From Candidatus Latescibacterota bacterium (GTDB lineage: Bacteria > Latescibacterota > UBA2968 > UBA8231): 64,000 nucleotides of DNA. Below the pieces are notes generated by a model. The model ran no database searches. It was not told the DNA's origin and saw only the letters and a list, made by a program, of their open reading frames with translations. Shown here one piece after another: positions 36,754-46,066 of the stretch. Position 1 is the stretch's first letter. Each line of letters starts with the position of its first letter. Both the position numbers and the translations under genes were made by a program. The stretch spans positions 2,752,001 through 2,816,000 of the forward strand of contig CBDFJF010000001.1 of the NCBI GenBank assembly GCA_965248265.1. Reading direction: 5' to 3'.

Positions 36754-38024
36754 GGTTTGCTCGTCTCCATCTGTTGCCCGTATTGAGGAGGCACTTCGCA
36801 CATTTCACCGAGCGGGGCCAGCACCCGCTGAACATCCTCGGTTTGCAGATTTCCACTGAGAATATCGACAATCCCACGCCGGCATTCCGGATGCCGCCTC
36901 AGGAACTCGCTGAAGCTGAATTCATCTTCGTAGAAAGCGTACACCAGACGGCGCACCGCTTCCATGCCTCGCAGGTAGTGCTGTTCGAATTTGCCGAGTT
37001 GGGCAGCGCTGGTGTCGTCGCTGGCCAGACCCTCGATGATGGCATCTGCCGCCATTTCGCCTGATACCAGCGCCAGGTACACGCCAGAAGAGTAAATAGG
37101 ATCCACGAACCCGAACGCATCGCCAACCAGGACCCAGCCATCGCCGGCGATGCGATCCGCCCGGTAGGAGAAATCCTGCGTCACCTTCGCCGGCATGATC
37201 CGCTGGGCACCAGCCAGACGTTGCTGCATCGGCTCACACAGGGCTACTTCTTCAGCGAAGATCTCTTCAGCATCGCCGTCGCGCCCGCGCAGCAGGTAGT
37301 CGAGCGCCCCGACCACGCCGACACTGACGCGATCGTCGGGCAGTGGAATGTACCAGAACCAGGATTGTTTGTGGCGAGTGTGCAGGATGAGAGTTGCCCC
37401 CTCGTCGATGCCGTCGTCGCGGAGTCCCCCGACGAAGTGGGTGAAGATGGAAGCCTTTTTCAATCTTGGTTCCAGCTTCTTCACGCCCAGACGACGGGCG
37501 ATCAGGGCGCTTTGTCCGGTGGCATCCACGACCACCCTTGAGCTCACCTCGCGTTCACCGCCATCCGTGGCAACCGCCCTAACCCCTGTGGCCCGCTCGC
37601 CGTCGAAGAGAACCTCCCGGACGGGGACTCCCTCGACAACATGGGCTCCTTTGTCACGCGCGTTCTCCATCATCATGCCATCGAACTCGCTGCGCACGAC
37701 CTGCCACGTCACCGCACTGTCGTGCGGGTCGAACTCCTGGAAGTAGAACGGGGCCGAGCCGCGACCGGAGGCCCCGAAGAACTGGACGCTGTACTTGCGC
37801 GGAAACGAACTCGCTTCCAGCCGCTCCAGCATCCCCAGCCGCTTGAAGGTCCAGTAAGTCCCCGGCATGAGGGACTCGCCAACCTGGAATGGCGAGGTGG
37901 CATCGCGCTCCAGCAACAGAACGCTGTGTCCCTGTTGCGCGACCAGTGTGGCTGCGGTGGAGCCGGCTGGTCCTCCGCCGATGACGATGACATCATAGCC
38001 GTCTTTGATGTCGCCTTCCTTCAT
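36750..38024 (-). CDS. Flavin-dependent halogenase-like oxidoreductase
   Basis: GGGPAG, VGESL, FPRK (catalytic Lys position), WFWYIP (WxWxIP), GDAFGFVDPIYSSGV. Confidence 0.8.
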   Translation of the reverse strand: MKEGDIKDGYDVIVIGGGPAGSTAATLVAQQGHSVLLLERDATSPFQVGESLMPGTYWTFKRLGMLERLEASSFPRKYSVQFFGASGRGSAPFYFQEFDPHDSAVTWQVVRSEFDGMMMENARDKGAHVVEGVPVREVLFDGERATGVRAVATDGGEREVSSRVVVDATGQSALIARRLGVKKLEPRLKKASIFTHFVGGLRDDGIDEGATLILHTRHKQSWFWYIPLPDDRVSVGVVGALDYLLRGRDGDAEEIFAEEVALCEPMQQRLAGAQRIMPAKVTQDFSYRADRIAGDGWVLVGDAFGFVDPIYSSGVYLALVSGEMAADAIIEGLASDDTSAAQLGKFEQHYLRGMEAVRRLVYAFYEDEFSFSEFLRRHPECRRGIVDILSGNLQTEDVQRVLAPLGEMCEVPPQYGQQMETSKP

Positions 38025-38029
38025 GGCCC

Positions 38030-39364
38030 TCAAAACCCTTGCGGACGCGGGCGGCGATCGGTAACCCGTTTCGCTTTGAGTTCGAACCGGGGAAGTTCCC
38101 CGGGGCCGGCGAGCTCAACGCCGGCGCGGATTCCCAGGTTCGTGTGCAACGCGTGCTGTAGCTTTCCTTGCAGAATCCCCGAATCATCCGATTCGCCATC
38201 ACAAAGCTCGACTCGCACCAACAGCTCGTCCATCTCACCCTGGCAAAAGGCCTCGACAGCGAACTCGACAACCTGATCGAACTGACGCACGGCGCTTTCG
38301 ATGGCGCTGGGGTAGACGTTGATACCGCGTATGATCAAGACGTCATCGAGACGGCCGATGACACCGCCGGCAAGCCGGCGATAGGTCCTTCCACACGGGC
38401 AATTGTCCTGTTGGTGCCAGCGCACCCGATCGCCGGTGCGATAGCGAATTACCGGCATTGCCGTACGATCCAAATTCGTAATCACCAACTCCCCTTCTTC
38501 ACAGGGTTGCTGCGTCTGCGGATCCAGCACTTCACAAATGAACTCGCTCTCGTTCACGTGCAGGCCGTCCTGGACTTCACACTCGAATCCCCAGGCACCC
38601 ACTTCCGTCGCCCCGGCATGGTCGAAACAACGAGCCCCCCAGGCCCGTTCGATCTTGCTCTTGGTAGCCGGAATACTGGCCCCCGGCTCACCGGCGTGAA
38701 TGGTCCTGCGAACGGCGGAGTTGGCGATGTCCAAACCCAATCCCCGTGCGACCTCAGCCAGGTGCAGTGCGTAGGTCGGAGTGCAGACCAGCACGGTGGC
38801 TTGGTTCGCGAGAATCGCCTGTAGACGTTGAGGAGAAGACATACCACCCCCCGTAATCGCCAGCGCGCCCAGCTGGGAAGCCCCCTCGCAGGCGCTCCAG
38901 AAACCGATGAACGGCCCGAACGAGAACGCGAAAAAGATGCGGTCGTCAGCCCCGACTCCGGCGGCGCGGTAGACGGCCTGCCAACAGCGGCCCCACCAGC
39001 TCCAACTCTGGGCAGTATCCAACCACCGCAGGCGCTCTCCCGTGGTCCCGGAAGTCTGATGCAGACGGGCGTAGGCTTCGTGTGGCAGACTGCAGTTGGT
39101 GCCGTATGGCGGATATGCCTGCTGGTCTTCGGACAACTCGTCCTTGGTCGTGTACGGCAAGCGCGTGAGGTCCGCCAGGGACGCGATATCCGTGGCTGCC
39201 CGTATCCCTGCCGCGTGGAGTTTATTGCGATAGAAAGGATTGTCCTCCAGCATGATCGTCAGCTGCGACCGCAACCGTTCGAGTTGCTGCTGTTCCAACT
39301 CCCCGCGCGCGAGCGCTTCGCAGGCAACTATGTTGCTGTGTGGAGTTGAAGTCAGCTCAATCAC
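38030..39364 (-). CDS. Phenylacetate-CoA ligase (PaaK/F390 synthetase) family
   Basis: LPYTTKDEL, QTSGTTGE, CTPTYALHL, AGEPG, GATEVG, IRYRTGD, GRLDDVLIIRGINVYPS. Confidence 0.88.
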   Translation of the reverse strand: MIELTSTPHSNIVACEALARGELEQQQLERLRSQLTIMLEDNPFYRNKLHAAGIRAATDIASLADLTRLPYTTKDELSEDQQAYPPYGTNCSLPHEAYARLHQTSGTTGERLRWLDTAQSWSWWGRCWQAVYRAAGVGADDRIFFAFSFGPFIGFWSACEGASQLGALAITGGGMSSPQRLQAILANQATVLVCTPTYALHLAEVARGLGLDIANSAVRRTIHAGEPGASIPATKSKIERAWGARCFDHAGATEVGAWGFECEVQDGLHVNESEFICEVLDPQTQQPCEEGELVITNLDRTAMPVIRYRTGDRVRWHQQDNCPCGRTYRRLAGGVIGRLDDVLIIRGINVYPSAIESAVRQFDQVVEFAVEAFCQGEMDELLVRVELCDGESDDSGILQGKLQHALHTNLGIRAGVELAGPGELPRFELKAKRVTDRRPRPQGF

Positions 39365-39445
39365 CTGGGGTGGTCAACTGCAAACAGACGATCTCGGACA
39401 TGTCCCGCACGTAGGCACTTCGGTGGATGAAGTGTGCCGTCGTCA

Positions 39446-40795
39446 TCACGTATAGCGTGAGTTTCGGTAACGCTCATCGTAGAAGGCCGGCAGCAACTGG
39501 TCAACACGCAGCATCCCGTCAGCTGTGAGCTGAACCTCGTCGGCGTCAAAGGCCAGCATGCCCTCGGACTGCAGCGCCTGTAGGGGTTGCTCAAATCGGG
39601 TGATGATGTCGACGCCGTGACGCTCCCGAAAGTATTGGGGATGCACCTGCCCGAGTTTGAGTTGCAGTATCAACTCACGTGTCAGCCGCTCATCAGCCGT
39701 GGTCTCAAATGCCCGGTTCACGGGTAGCTGGTGACGGGACAGCGCTTCGAGGTAGTCGTCCCAACGGTCCTTGTTCTGGTAATGGACACCACCCATATGC
39801 GAGATCGCGGACACCCCCGCGCCGATCATATCGCTGCCGCGCCACAGGGCATCACGATACACGAAACGCTGATCGCCCCGCGTCTCTTTGACCACTGTAT
39901 AGGCGCTGGAGGCTCTGTAGCCATGCGCTTGAAACTGATCGAACGCGTACTGATGCCACTCGCGCTTGGTTTGCCAATCAGCAGGTCGAATGTCGCCATT
40001 GCCATCGCCGGTGAGCGCTTTGGAGTACACTGTATTGTAGGGCAGTTCCATCTGGTACACAGTGACGCTGTCGGCATCCAGATCTATGGTCCGTTGCACA
40101 GTGTCACGCCACGTCTCCCAGGTCTCTCCAACCATGCCGGCAATGAGATCGACGTTGAGCTGGTCGAACTCCTGCTGCCTGATCCACGGCATGACCCGGT
40201 AAACCTCCTCCGATATATGAGCGCGCCCGTTCTCTCGCAGGATGGCATCGTCCAGATTTTCCACACCCAGACTTAGACGCGTGACTCCAACCTCCCGAAT
40301 CGCCACCAGCTTGGCCTCGGTCAGGGTGCCGGGTTCGCACTCGAAGCTGATCTCCTCGGCCGCATCCCAGGGAAGCACGTCGTGCAACTTGCTCACCAGC
40401 GAGCGCAGGTGACGCGCACTGATGTAGGAGGGAGTGCCGCCACCGAAGTAGACGAACTTCAGAGGGCGACCCTCAATGCGGGGCCGCCCTAAGTACATCT
40501 GGACTTCGTCAACCAGCGCTGTCAGGTAGCTGTCGATCTGCGCCGCATTTTTGTCCGTGAAAACGCGAAAGTAACAGAACTTGCAGCGCTTGCGACAGAA
40601 TGGAATGTGCAGGTAGAGACCGAGATCCGTGGCGTGCACAGGCTCCGAGTTCAGCGCCTCGGCTACCGCTCCCACCTGTTCTTCCGACCAGAACGAATAG
40701 GGTGGATAGTTCGACACGAAGACGCTGCCGACCTCGGTGTCGGAGAGAATGTCATCGAGCCTGGTGGTAGCGGGCTCGGGTTTGATTTCACTCAA
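39446..40795 (-). CDS. HemN-like radical SAM enzyme
   Basis: LYLHIPFCRKRCKFC (CxxxCxxC), YFGGGTPS, RLSLGVE, NVDLIAG. Confidence 0.88.
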   Translation of the reverse strand: MSEIKPEPATTRLDDILSDTEVGSVFVSNYPPYSFWSEEQVGAVAEALNSEPVHATDLGLYLHIPFCRKRCKFCYFRVFTDKNAAQIDSYLTALVDEVQMYLGRPRIEGRPLKFVYFGGGTPSYISARHLRSLVSKLHDVLPWDAAEEISFECEPGTLTEAKLVAIREVGVTRLSLGVENLDDAILRENGRAHISEEVYRVMPWIRQQEFDQLNVDLIAGMVGETWETWRDTVQRTIDLDADSVTVYQMELPYNTVYSKALTGDGNGDIRPADWQTKREWHQYAFDQFQAHGYRASSAYTVVKETRGDQRFVYRDALWRGSDMIGAGVSAISHMGGVHYQNKDRWDDYLEALSRHQLPVNRAFETTADERLTRELILQLKLGQVHPQYFRERHGVDIITRFEQPLQALQSEGMLAFDADEVQLTADGMLRVDQLLPAFYDERYRNSRYT

Positions 40796-40801
40796 GGGGA
40801 A

Positions 40802-41938
40802 TCAGTCCGGGTTGCCGAAACAATAGAGGACGCCGTCTTCGCTACCGATTACCAGGCGGCCATCCGCGACGGCAGCCGAGGCTACGATGGTTGCCCCGGT
40901 GTCGTAGCTCCAGAGCTCCGTGCCAGTGCCTACATCAAGAGCGTGAACGGATCCCTTAGAAGATCCGAAAAAAAGACGTTCACCGGAAATCACTGGAGAC
41001 GAATCGACCCGGGCGCCCGCATCGAACAGCCACCGGGGCTGCCCCGTCTTTCGGTCTAACCCATGCACGGTCCGATCCCGACCGGCTGCCACAACCAGGT
41101 CCGCCGTTATCGCGGTTGAAGCGTAGTACGGCTGTCGCCGTTGGGGATGCTGATAGCGCCAGCGAACCGTCTCAGTCAGAAGGTCGACGGCAAGCACCTG
41201 ATTCCCGAAGGTGCCGAAATAAGTGGTCCCCGAATCATCGATGGCACAGCTGGCCGCCACGTAGCCGCCAACCTGGACGACGCCTTCTTCGCTGCCGTCT
41301 GAAAGATCGAGTCGGCGCAGAAATCCGTCACAACCTGCCGTCACGACGGTTGAATCGAAGATGGCCGGCGTGCCGTGCACATAGCCCTCAGTCTCAGCTC
41401 GCCAGACCAGCTGACCGTCGGCGGCAAACAGGCAGTACACTCGACTGTCGTAACTGCCGAATATGACCCGGTCACCCCATGGATGAGCCGACGATGTGAT
41501 GCCGGCCTCGGCATCGAAGGTCCACAACAGTTCGCCGCTGAGTGCATCCAGAGCGTAAAACCTGCCCGACTCGTCTCCGAAGAACAGGCGTCCCTCAGCG
41601 ACTCCGGCGGATGACTTAATCTCATCGCGGGCAGCAAAGGTCCACCGCGGCTCTCCCGAACTCAGATCCAGGGCGTAGAGGTGACCGTCGAGATTGCCAC
41701 TGTACACCGTGCCATTCCAGATCGCCGCCGTCGACTCGATCCCGGGAGGTGCACGACTGCTGTCTGAAGCTGTTGGCCGAACCGCCCACAACAGCTCCAG
41801 CCCCTGGGGCAGTGCACTGAGGGCACGGCCGCTTTGACGATGATCGCCGCGGAAAAGAGCCCACGAAGTGGAATCAGCCTTGACGGGTACCACCGGCAGA
41901 GCGGTGAGAACTGTCAGGATTTGCAACCAGCGTCTCAA
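40802..41938 (-). CDS. Secreted PQQ-type/BamB-like beta-propeller
   Basis: Signal peptide, WALFRGD, repeated SSP/A...FGS.DG.LYALD...G...W blades. Confidence 0.85.
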   Translation of the reverse strand: MRRWLQILTVLTALPVVPVKADSTSWALFRGDHRQSGRALSALPQGLELLWAVRPTASDSSRAPPGIESTAAIWNGTVYSGNLDGHLYALDLSSGEPRWTFAARDEIKSSAGVAEGRLFFGDESGRFYALDALSGELLWTFDAEAGITSSAHPWGDRVIFGSYDSRVYCLFAADGQLVWRAETEGYVHGTPAIFDSTVVTAGCDGFLRRLDLSDGSEEGVVQVGGYVAASCAIDDSGTTYFGTFGNQVLAVDLLTETVRWRYQHPQRRQPYYASTAITADLVVAAGRDRTVHGLDRKTGQPRWLFDAGARVDSSPVISGERLFFGSSKGSVHALDVGTGTELWSYDTGATIVASAAVADGRLVIGSEDGVLYCFGNPD

Positions 41939-43074
41939 GAGGCCGCCTTGTAGAGGTTCAGAATCTCTGCATCCGTTACCGGCCGCGGGTTGAATTGCGC
42001 CGTCTTCTGGGACGCCGCCTCGGACGCCAGTCTGGGAAGGTCACCCGCCGGCACACCAAGATCACTGAGGCCTGTCGGCATCGATGCCTCCTGCAACAAC
42101 GTTTCGACGCGCTTGAGCAGGGCCGTCACCGAACCTCGCCTTGGTGAGTCCAGGACCTGTGCCAACTGGGCGTAGTCAGCCGAGCAGGTTTCGGCGTTGA
42201 AGCGTATGACGTGCGGCAACATCACCCCGATGGCCACGCCGTGGACGATTCCGTACCGAGCCGTCAGCGGATTGGCGCACGCATGGGTCGCCCCTAGCAT
42301 AGACCGCTCGATCGCGGCACCCGCCCAATGCGCCCCGAGCAGCATGCGCGCCCGCGTGGCGGTACCTGGCGCGTCATTGAGGCTGTCCCTGAAACTCGCG
42401 TCGAGCAACCGCAGGGCTTCCGACGACAGGAATCGCGACTGTGGTCGCGCTGTCGTGGAGACGAAACTTTCAATGGCATGAGAAAGGGCGTCCACGCCGA
42501 CGGCCCTGCGCGTTGGAAGTGGCACCGTGCGCGTCAACTCGGCATCCAGGATGACGGCCCGGAACCGGGCCCGCGAGTCTCCGCAAGCCATTTTCTCGTG
42601 ACTGTCCGCGGCTGAGATAAGTGCGAAGCGCTGGGCTTCACTGCCTGTTCCGGCCGTCGTCGGCACGCCGATGGATGGAAACATCGGCTTGGATGCCAAG
42701 CCATCGCCCCGGTAGTCTTCCATACGGCCACCGTTACTGAGCAGAAAGTTGACCCCCTTGGCGCAGTCCATGGCGCTGCCACCGCCGAGACCGATGATGG
42801 TGATCTCTGCGCCGAGTTGCCGCGCCTGCGCCGTCGCCTCCTCGACATGGTGGGTCGTCGGATTCTCTGCGACGCCATCGAAAACCGAACAGTCAATGGA
42901 TGCTGAGTGCAGAGAGGACAAGGCCACGTCCACGATGCCCGCCTTTGCGACACCTTCATCGCTCACAAGAAAGGCATTGCGGCCGCCGAGATCGGCGGCC
43001 AACTCTCCCAGGCGCGAAAGCCCTCCCGCCCCGAGGATGACCCGTGGGTGGCTGTTGTCAGCTTTTGCAGACAA
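41935..43074 (-). CDS. Iron-containing alcohol dehydrogenase
   Basis: GGGSAMDCAK, PTTAGTGSE, DALSHAIES, HACANPL...HGVA. Confidence 0.9.
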   Translation of the reverse strand: MSAKADNSHPRVILGAGGLSRLGELAADLGGRNAFLVSDEGVAKAGIVDVALSSLHSASIDCSVFDGVAENPTTHHVEEATAQARQLGAEITIIGLGGGSAMDCAKGVNFLLSNGGRMEDYRGDGLASKPMFPSIGVPTTAGTGSEAQRFALISAADSHEKMACGDSRARFRAVILDAELTRTVPLPTRRAVGVDALSHAIESFVSTTARPQSRFLSSEALRLLDASFRDSLNDAPGTATRARMLLGAHWAGAAIERSMLGATHACANPLTARYGIVHGVAIGVMLPHVIRFNAETCSADYAQLAQVLDSPRRGSVTALLKRVETLLQEASMPTGLSDLGVPAGDLPRLASEAASQKTAQFNPRPVTDAEILNLYKAAS

Positions 43075-44482
43075 ACGAGCGCTGCCGGTAGAGATGCTCG
43101 AAGAGGTTGCCCTCGTGTGGTTGATCGAATGAAACCTGATTCGTTGGCATGGGACCGAAGTTCAAGCGGTCGATTCCCGGGCATTGCAGCAGCCGCTGAC
43201 GCAGGGACTCATCATCGGTGACCGCACTCACCACGAGAGAAGGTGTCACCCGCTGGATGATGTCTTCGTGACTTGCGTCGACGACGGCGACGAAGGGAAA
43301 CAGGTACTCGAGGTTCGCCAGCGGATGGTCAGCGTCGGTGCAGTGTATGACTGTCGGCTGCAAAAAAGTGCACCCGTCAAGTTCGACCACCCGATCACCA
43401 CGTCCCAGGCGCGCACTGACATCCTCGGCCCCCGGAGCCTTCAACATGCCATCGATGGAATCGGAAATGCGCCGCGCCATGTCGGCGTTCGCGAAAGCCG
43501 CCAGTTCGGCTGCAGGATTAACCAGGGACATCGGCCGCAGACTCAGAAGCTCCCGTGCCAATCCCTCCGCAATCTCCGCCCCACTCTTGGGCGTCCACAC
43601 CCCCGAGGCGTTGATACAGGAACGCCCGCTGTTCCCAGCAATCGACTGCATCAGAAAGTCGATATGGTCATGCCAAACACCGCCCGCATCCGAACCAAAG
43701 ACGATCTTGCTGCGACCGCTGCCATGAACCTCCACCCGAGGATCCAGCTTCCACGGCGCCACCGTAGCGTCTCCGCCGAACAGGAGCGAACGACCGCAAC
43801 GCAACAAGATCTCCGCTGCCGCCGAGTAGTCGGCAGGGTAGAAACTGAAAGCCGATGGCGGACACCCCGCAGCCATAAACGCCTGCGCGATCCGGTACGG
43901 CGTCCACGGCTCCTCCCGCCCTGGCTTGAGTGCTACCGGCACCCGCAACGGAATCGAAGGCAGCCACAGCGTGTGCACACCCGGTGAGTTGTTCGGCAAC
44001 ACCGCCCCAAGCGCATCCGCCTGACGTTGATAACTCAACATGCGCCCATTGTGCTGACCCCACCCCTCCCGCAGAATCTCCAAATCCAGATCCCGCGTCA
44101 GCCCCCCCAATACCGTCGTCATCTCCACCAGCACACCGCGGATCTTCTCCATGTTGCGCCGGCACAACGTGACAGGTAACCCAGTGGTTGATGACAGCTG
44201 AGAAACGTATTCGTCCGCAGACTGAATCGAGTCCTCCCCAAGCGGCAACTCCGCTGACATGAACAAATCGGCTGCTTTGCCGCAGATCTCAATGAGATCC
44301 TTCGAACTCAGCTCATCAGAAGCACTCTGGTTGTCCGCCGCCATCGCCAGATCCCTGGCGATCAACCCACGATTCGCCTGACTAACCTCAGCCACCCCCT
44401 CCCCCGTGCGGATATTGAGAAGAGTAGTCCGGTTCAGGCTTCTGTAAGGAGTCCCAGCTCTGAGAATCGGAATGTGCAGCAT
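43058..44482 (-). CDS. ALDH-superfamily acyl reductase (EhpG/LuxC-like)
   Basis: VLPNNSPGVH, LFGG, HGSGRSK, GRSCINAS (catalytic Cys), EYLFPF, QPHEGNLFEHLY; lacks the ELGG of oxidative ALDHs. Confidence 0.75.
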   Translation of the reverse strand: MLHIPILRAGTPYRSLNRTTLLNIRTGEGVAEVSQANRGLIARDLAMAADNQSASDELSSKDLIEICGKAADLFMSAELPLGEDSIQSADEYVSQLSSTTGLPVTLCRRNMEKIRGVLVEMTTVLGGLTRDLDLEILREGWGQHNGRMLSYQRQADALGAVLPNNSPGVHTLWLPSIPLRVPVALKPGREEPWTPYRIAQAFMAAGCPPSAFSFYPADYSAAAEILLRCGRSLLFGGDATVAPWKLDPRVEVHGSGRSKIVFGSDAGGVWHDHIDFLMQSIAGNSGRSCINASGVWTPKSGAEIAEGLARELLSLRPMSLVNPAAELAAFANADMARRISDSIDGMLKAPGAEDVSARLGRGDRVVELDGCTFLQPTVIHCTDADHPLANLEYLFPFVAVVDASHEDIIQRVTPSLVVSAVTDDESLRQRLLQCPGIDRLNFGPMPTNQVSFDQPHEGNLFEHLYRQRSFVCKS

Positions 44483-44811
44483 TCAGCTACTCACCTGTGA
44501 CTCTGGTGATACCATTTCCGATTGCTCAAATATCGATTGAGTGGGGGATAGTCTTGCCATATACCGTTGCCGTTGATGGTGTTGGTTCAGCCCTTTCCTA
44601 AACTGCCAGTCGGTCTTGTTCTTGTTTGTTGCTCTCCTTGGTACCGTCTTGGTGTTTCTGTTGACGTCTTAGGTGCTTGCCGTTGGTGTTTGGTGATGTC
44701 TCTGGTTTTGACGTTGCAACTTCACTCTTGTTTCTGCTGGTTTGCTGATACTTCCCCAAGAGAGTGGACACCTCGAAGCGCCAAGTTAAATTTCTGGCAG
44801 GAGGTGTTCTT

Positions 44812-45099
44812 ATGTCACGCAAGTATGATCGTGAGTTTAAGCTCGAGGCCATTCGCCTGGCCGCAGAAGAAGGGGTATCGGCCCGAGGGGTCGAGCAACG
44901 ATTGGGTTTAAGTGCAGGCATTATCAGTCGTTGGAAGAGAGAATTGAAGGTCCAAGGAGATGAAGCCTTCCCAGGTACCGGCCATTTAGGTGATCACGAC
45001 GAGGAGGTCCGCCGTTTGCGGCGTGAGCTGGCGCGGGTGTCCCAGGAACGAGATATCCTAAAAAAGGCGGCGGCCTTCTTCGCCAACGAGTCCAGATGA
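44812..45099 (+). CDS. IS3 transposase OrfA
   Basis: AGGAGG RBS; MSRKYDREFKLEAIRL...ERDILKKAAAFF; A6G -1 frameshift motif at 45060-45066. Confidence 0.9.
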   Translation: MSRKYDREFKLEAIRLAAEEGVSARGVEQRLGLSAGIISRWKRELKVQGDEAFPGTGHLGDHDEEVRRLRRELARVSQERDILKKAAAFFANESR

Positions 45100-45965
45100 G
45101 GTATCGCTTCATCGAGGTGGAGAAGGCGATGTACCCGGTCACTATGTTGTGTCGCGTGCTGCGGGTGTCGCGTAGCGGTTTCTACGCCTGGCAGCAGCGC
45201 CCGATCAGTCCTCGAGCTGAGCAGACTCGGCGACTGGATGTCGAGATCAACAAGTTGTTTGAAGCCAGCAAGCGGCGCTCCGGTAGCCCAAAGATCACCC
45301 GCGCCCTGATAGACGGAGGCTGGCAGGTGGGCGAGAATCGCGTTGCACGGCGCATGCGTGTGTTGGGTCTGCGTTCGATTGTGCGACGCCGTTTCAAGGT
45401 GACGACCAACTCGCAACATCGATTTGCGGTGGCGCCGAACCGTTTGCAGCGCGATTTCACCGCACAGCGCCCCAATCAAGTGTGGGTCAGCGACCTGACC
45501 TACCTCAGCGTCGGTCGCGGCTGGTTGTATTTGGTCGTCGTCATCGACCTGTACTCCAGGCGCGTGGTGGGTTGGGCGTTGAGCTCGGCACTGGATCACC
45601 GCGTGGCGCTGGTCGCGCTGCAGCGGGCTGTAGCTCAACGTCGTCCGCCGAGGGGTCTGATCATCCATTCCGATCGCGGCGTTCAATACGCCTGCACCGC
45701 GTTCACTAACTGGGTCAGCAAACACGGCTTTGTGCAGAGTATGAGCCGTAAGGGCGACTGCTGGGATAACGCCGTGGCTGAGTCCTTCTTCCATCTGCTC
45801 AAGACCGAGTTGACCTACCACGAACACTGGCTCAACTACCGGGCCGCGTATCGCAGCCTGTTCGACTACATCGAGATTTTTTACAATCGAGAAAGGAGTC
45901 ATTCCACCCTGGATTACGCAACACCCGCAGCATTCGAGCAGCATTCAACCAAACTTGCTGCTTGA
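45096..45965 (+). CDS. IS3 transposase OrfB (rve/DDE)
   Basis: WVSDLTYL, DLYSRRVVGW, HSDRGVQY, CWDNAVAESFF..LKTE, FYNRERSHSTL. Confidence 0.93.
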   Translation: MRYRFIEVEKAMYPVTMLCRVLRVSRSGFYAWQQRPISPRAEQTRRLDVEINKLFEASKRRSGSPKITRALIDGGWQVGENRVARRMRVLGLRSIVRRRFKVTTNSQHRFAVAPNRLQRDFTAQRPNQVWVSDLTYLSVGRGWLYLVVVIDLYSRRVVGWALSSALDHRVALVALQRAVAQRRPPRGLIIHSDRGVQYACTAFTNWVSKHGFVQSMSRKGDCWDNAVAESFFHLLKTELTYHEHWLNYRAAYRSLFDYIEIFYNRERSHSTLDYATPAAFEQHSTKLAA

Positions 45966-46066
45966 CGGTGTCCATTTTTCCGGGGGAGTATCACCCGAAG
46001 CCGCGACGAAGCCCGCCGCGGGCAAGGAGCACACGGGGACGAGCCCACCAACACGCGGACCCACCC

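Larger units (their letters stand above)
44746..45993 (+). mobile_element. IS3-family insertion sequence (1248 bp)
   Basis: TG...CA ends. IRL TGATACTTCCCCAAGAGAGTGGACACC versus IRR (revcomp) TGATACTCCCCCGGAAAAATGGACACC, 21/27 identical. No target-site duplication visible. Confidence 0.93.

Noticed and set aside
44994-45944. 316-aa minus-strand ORF inside the IS
   Set aside because: Antisense frame of IS3 orfB
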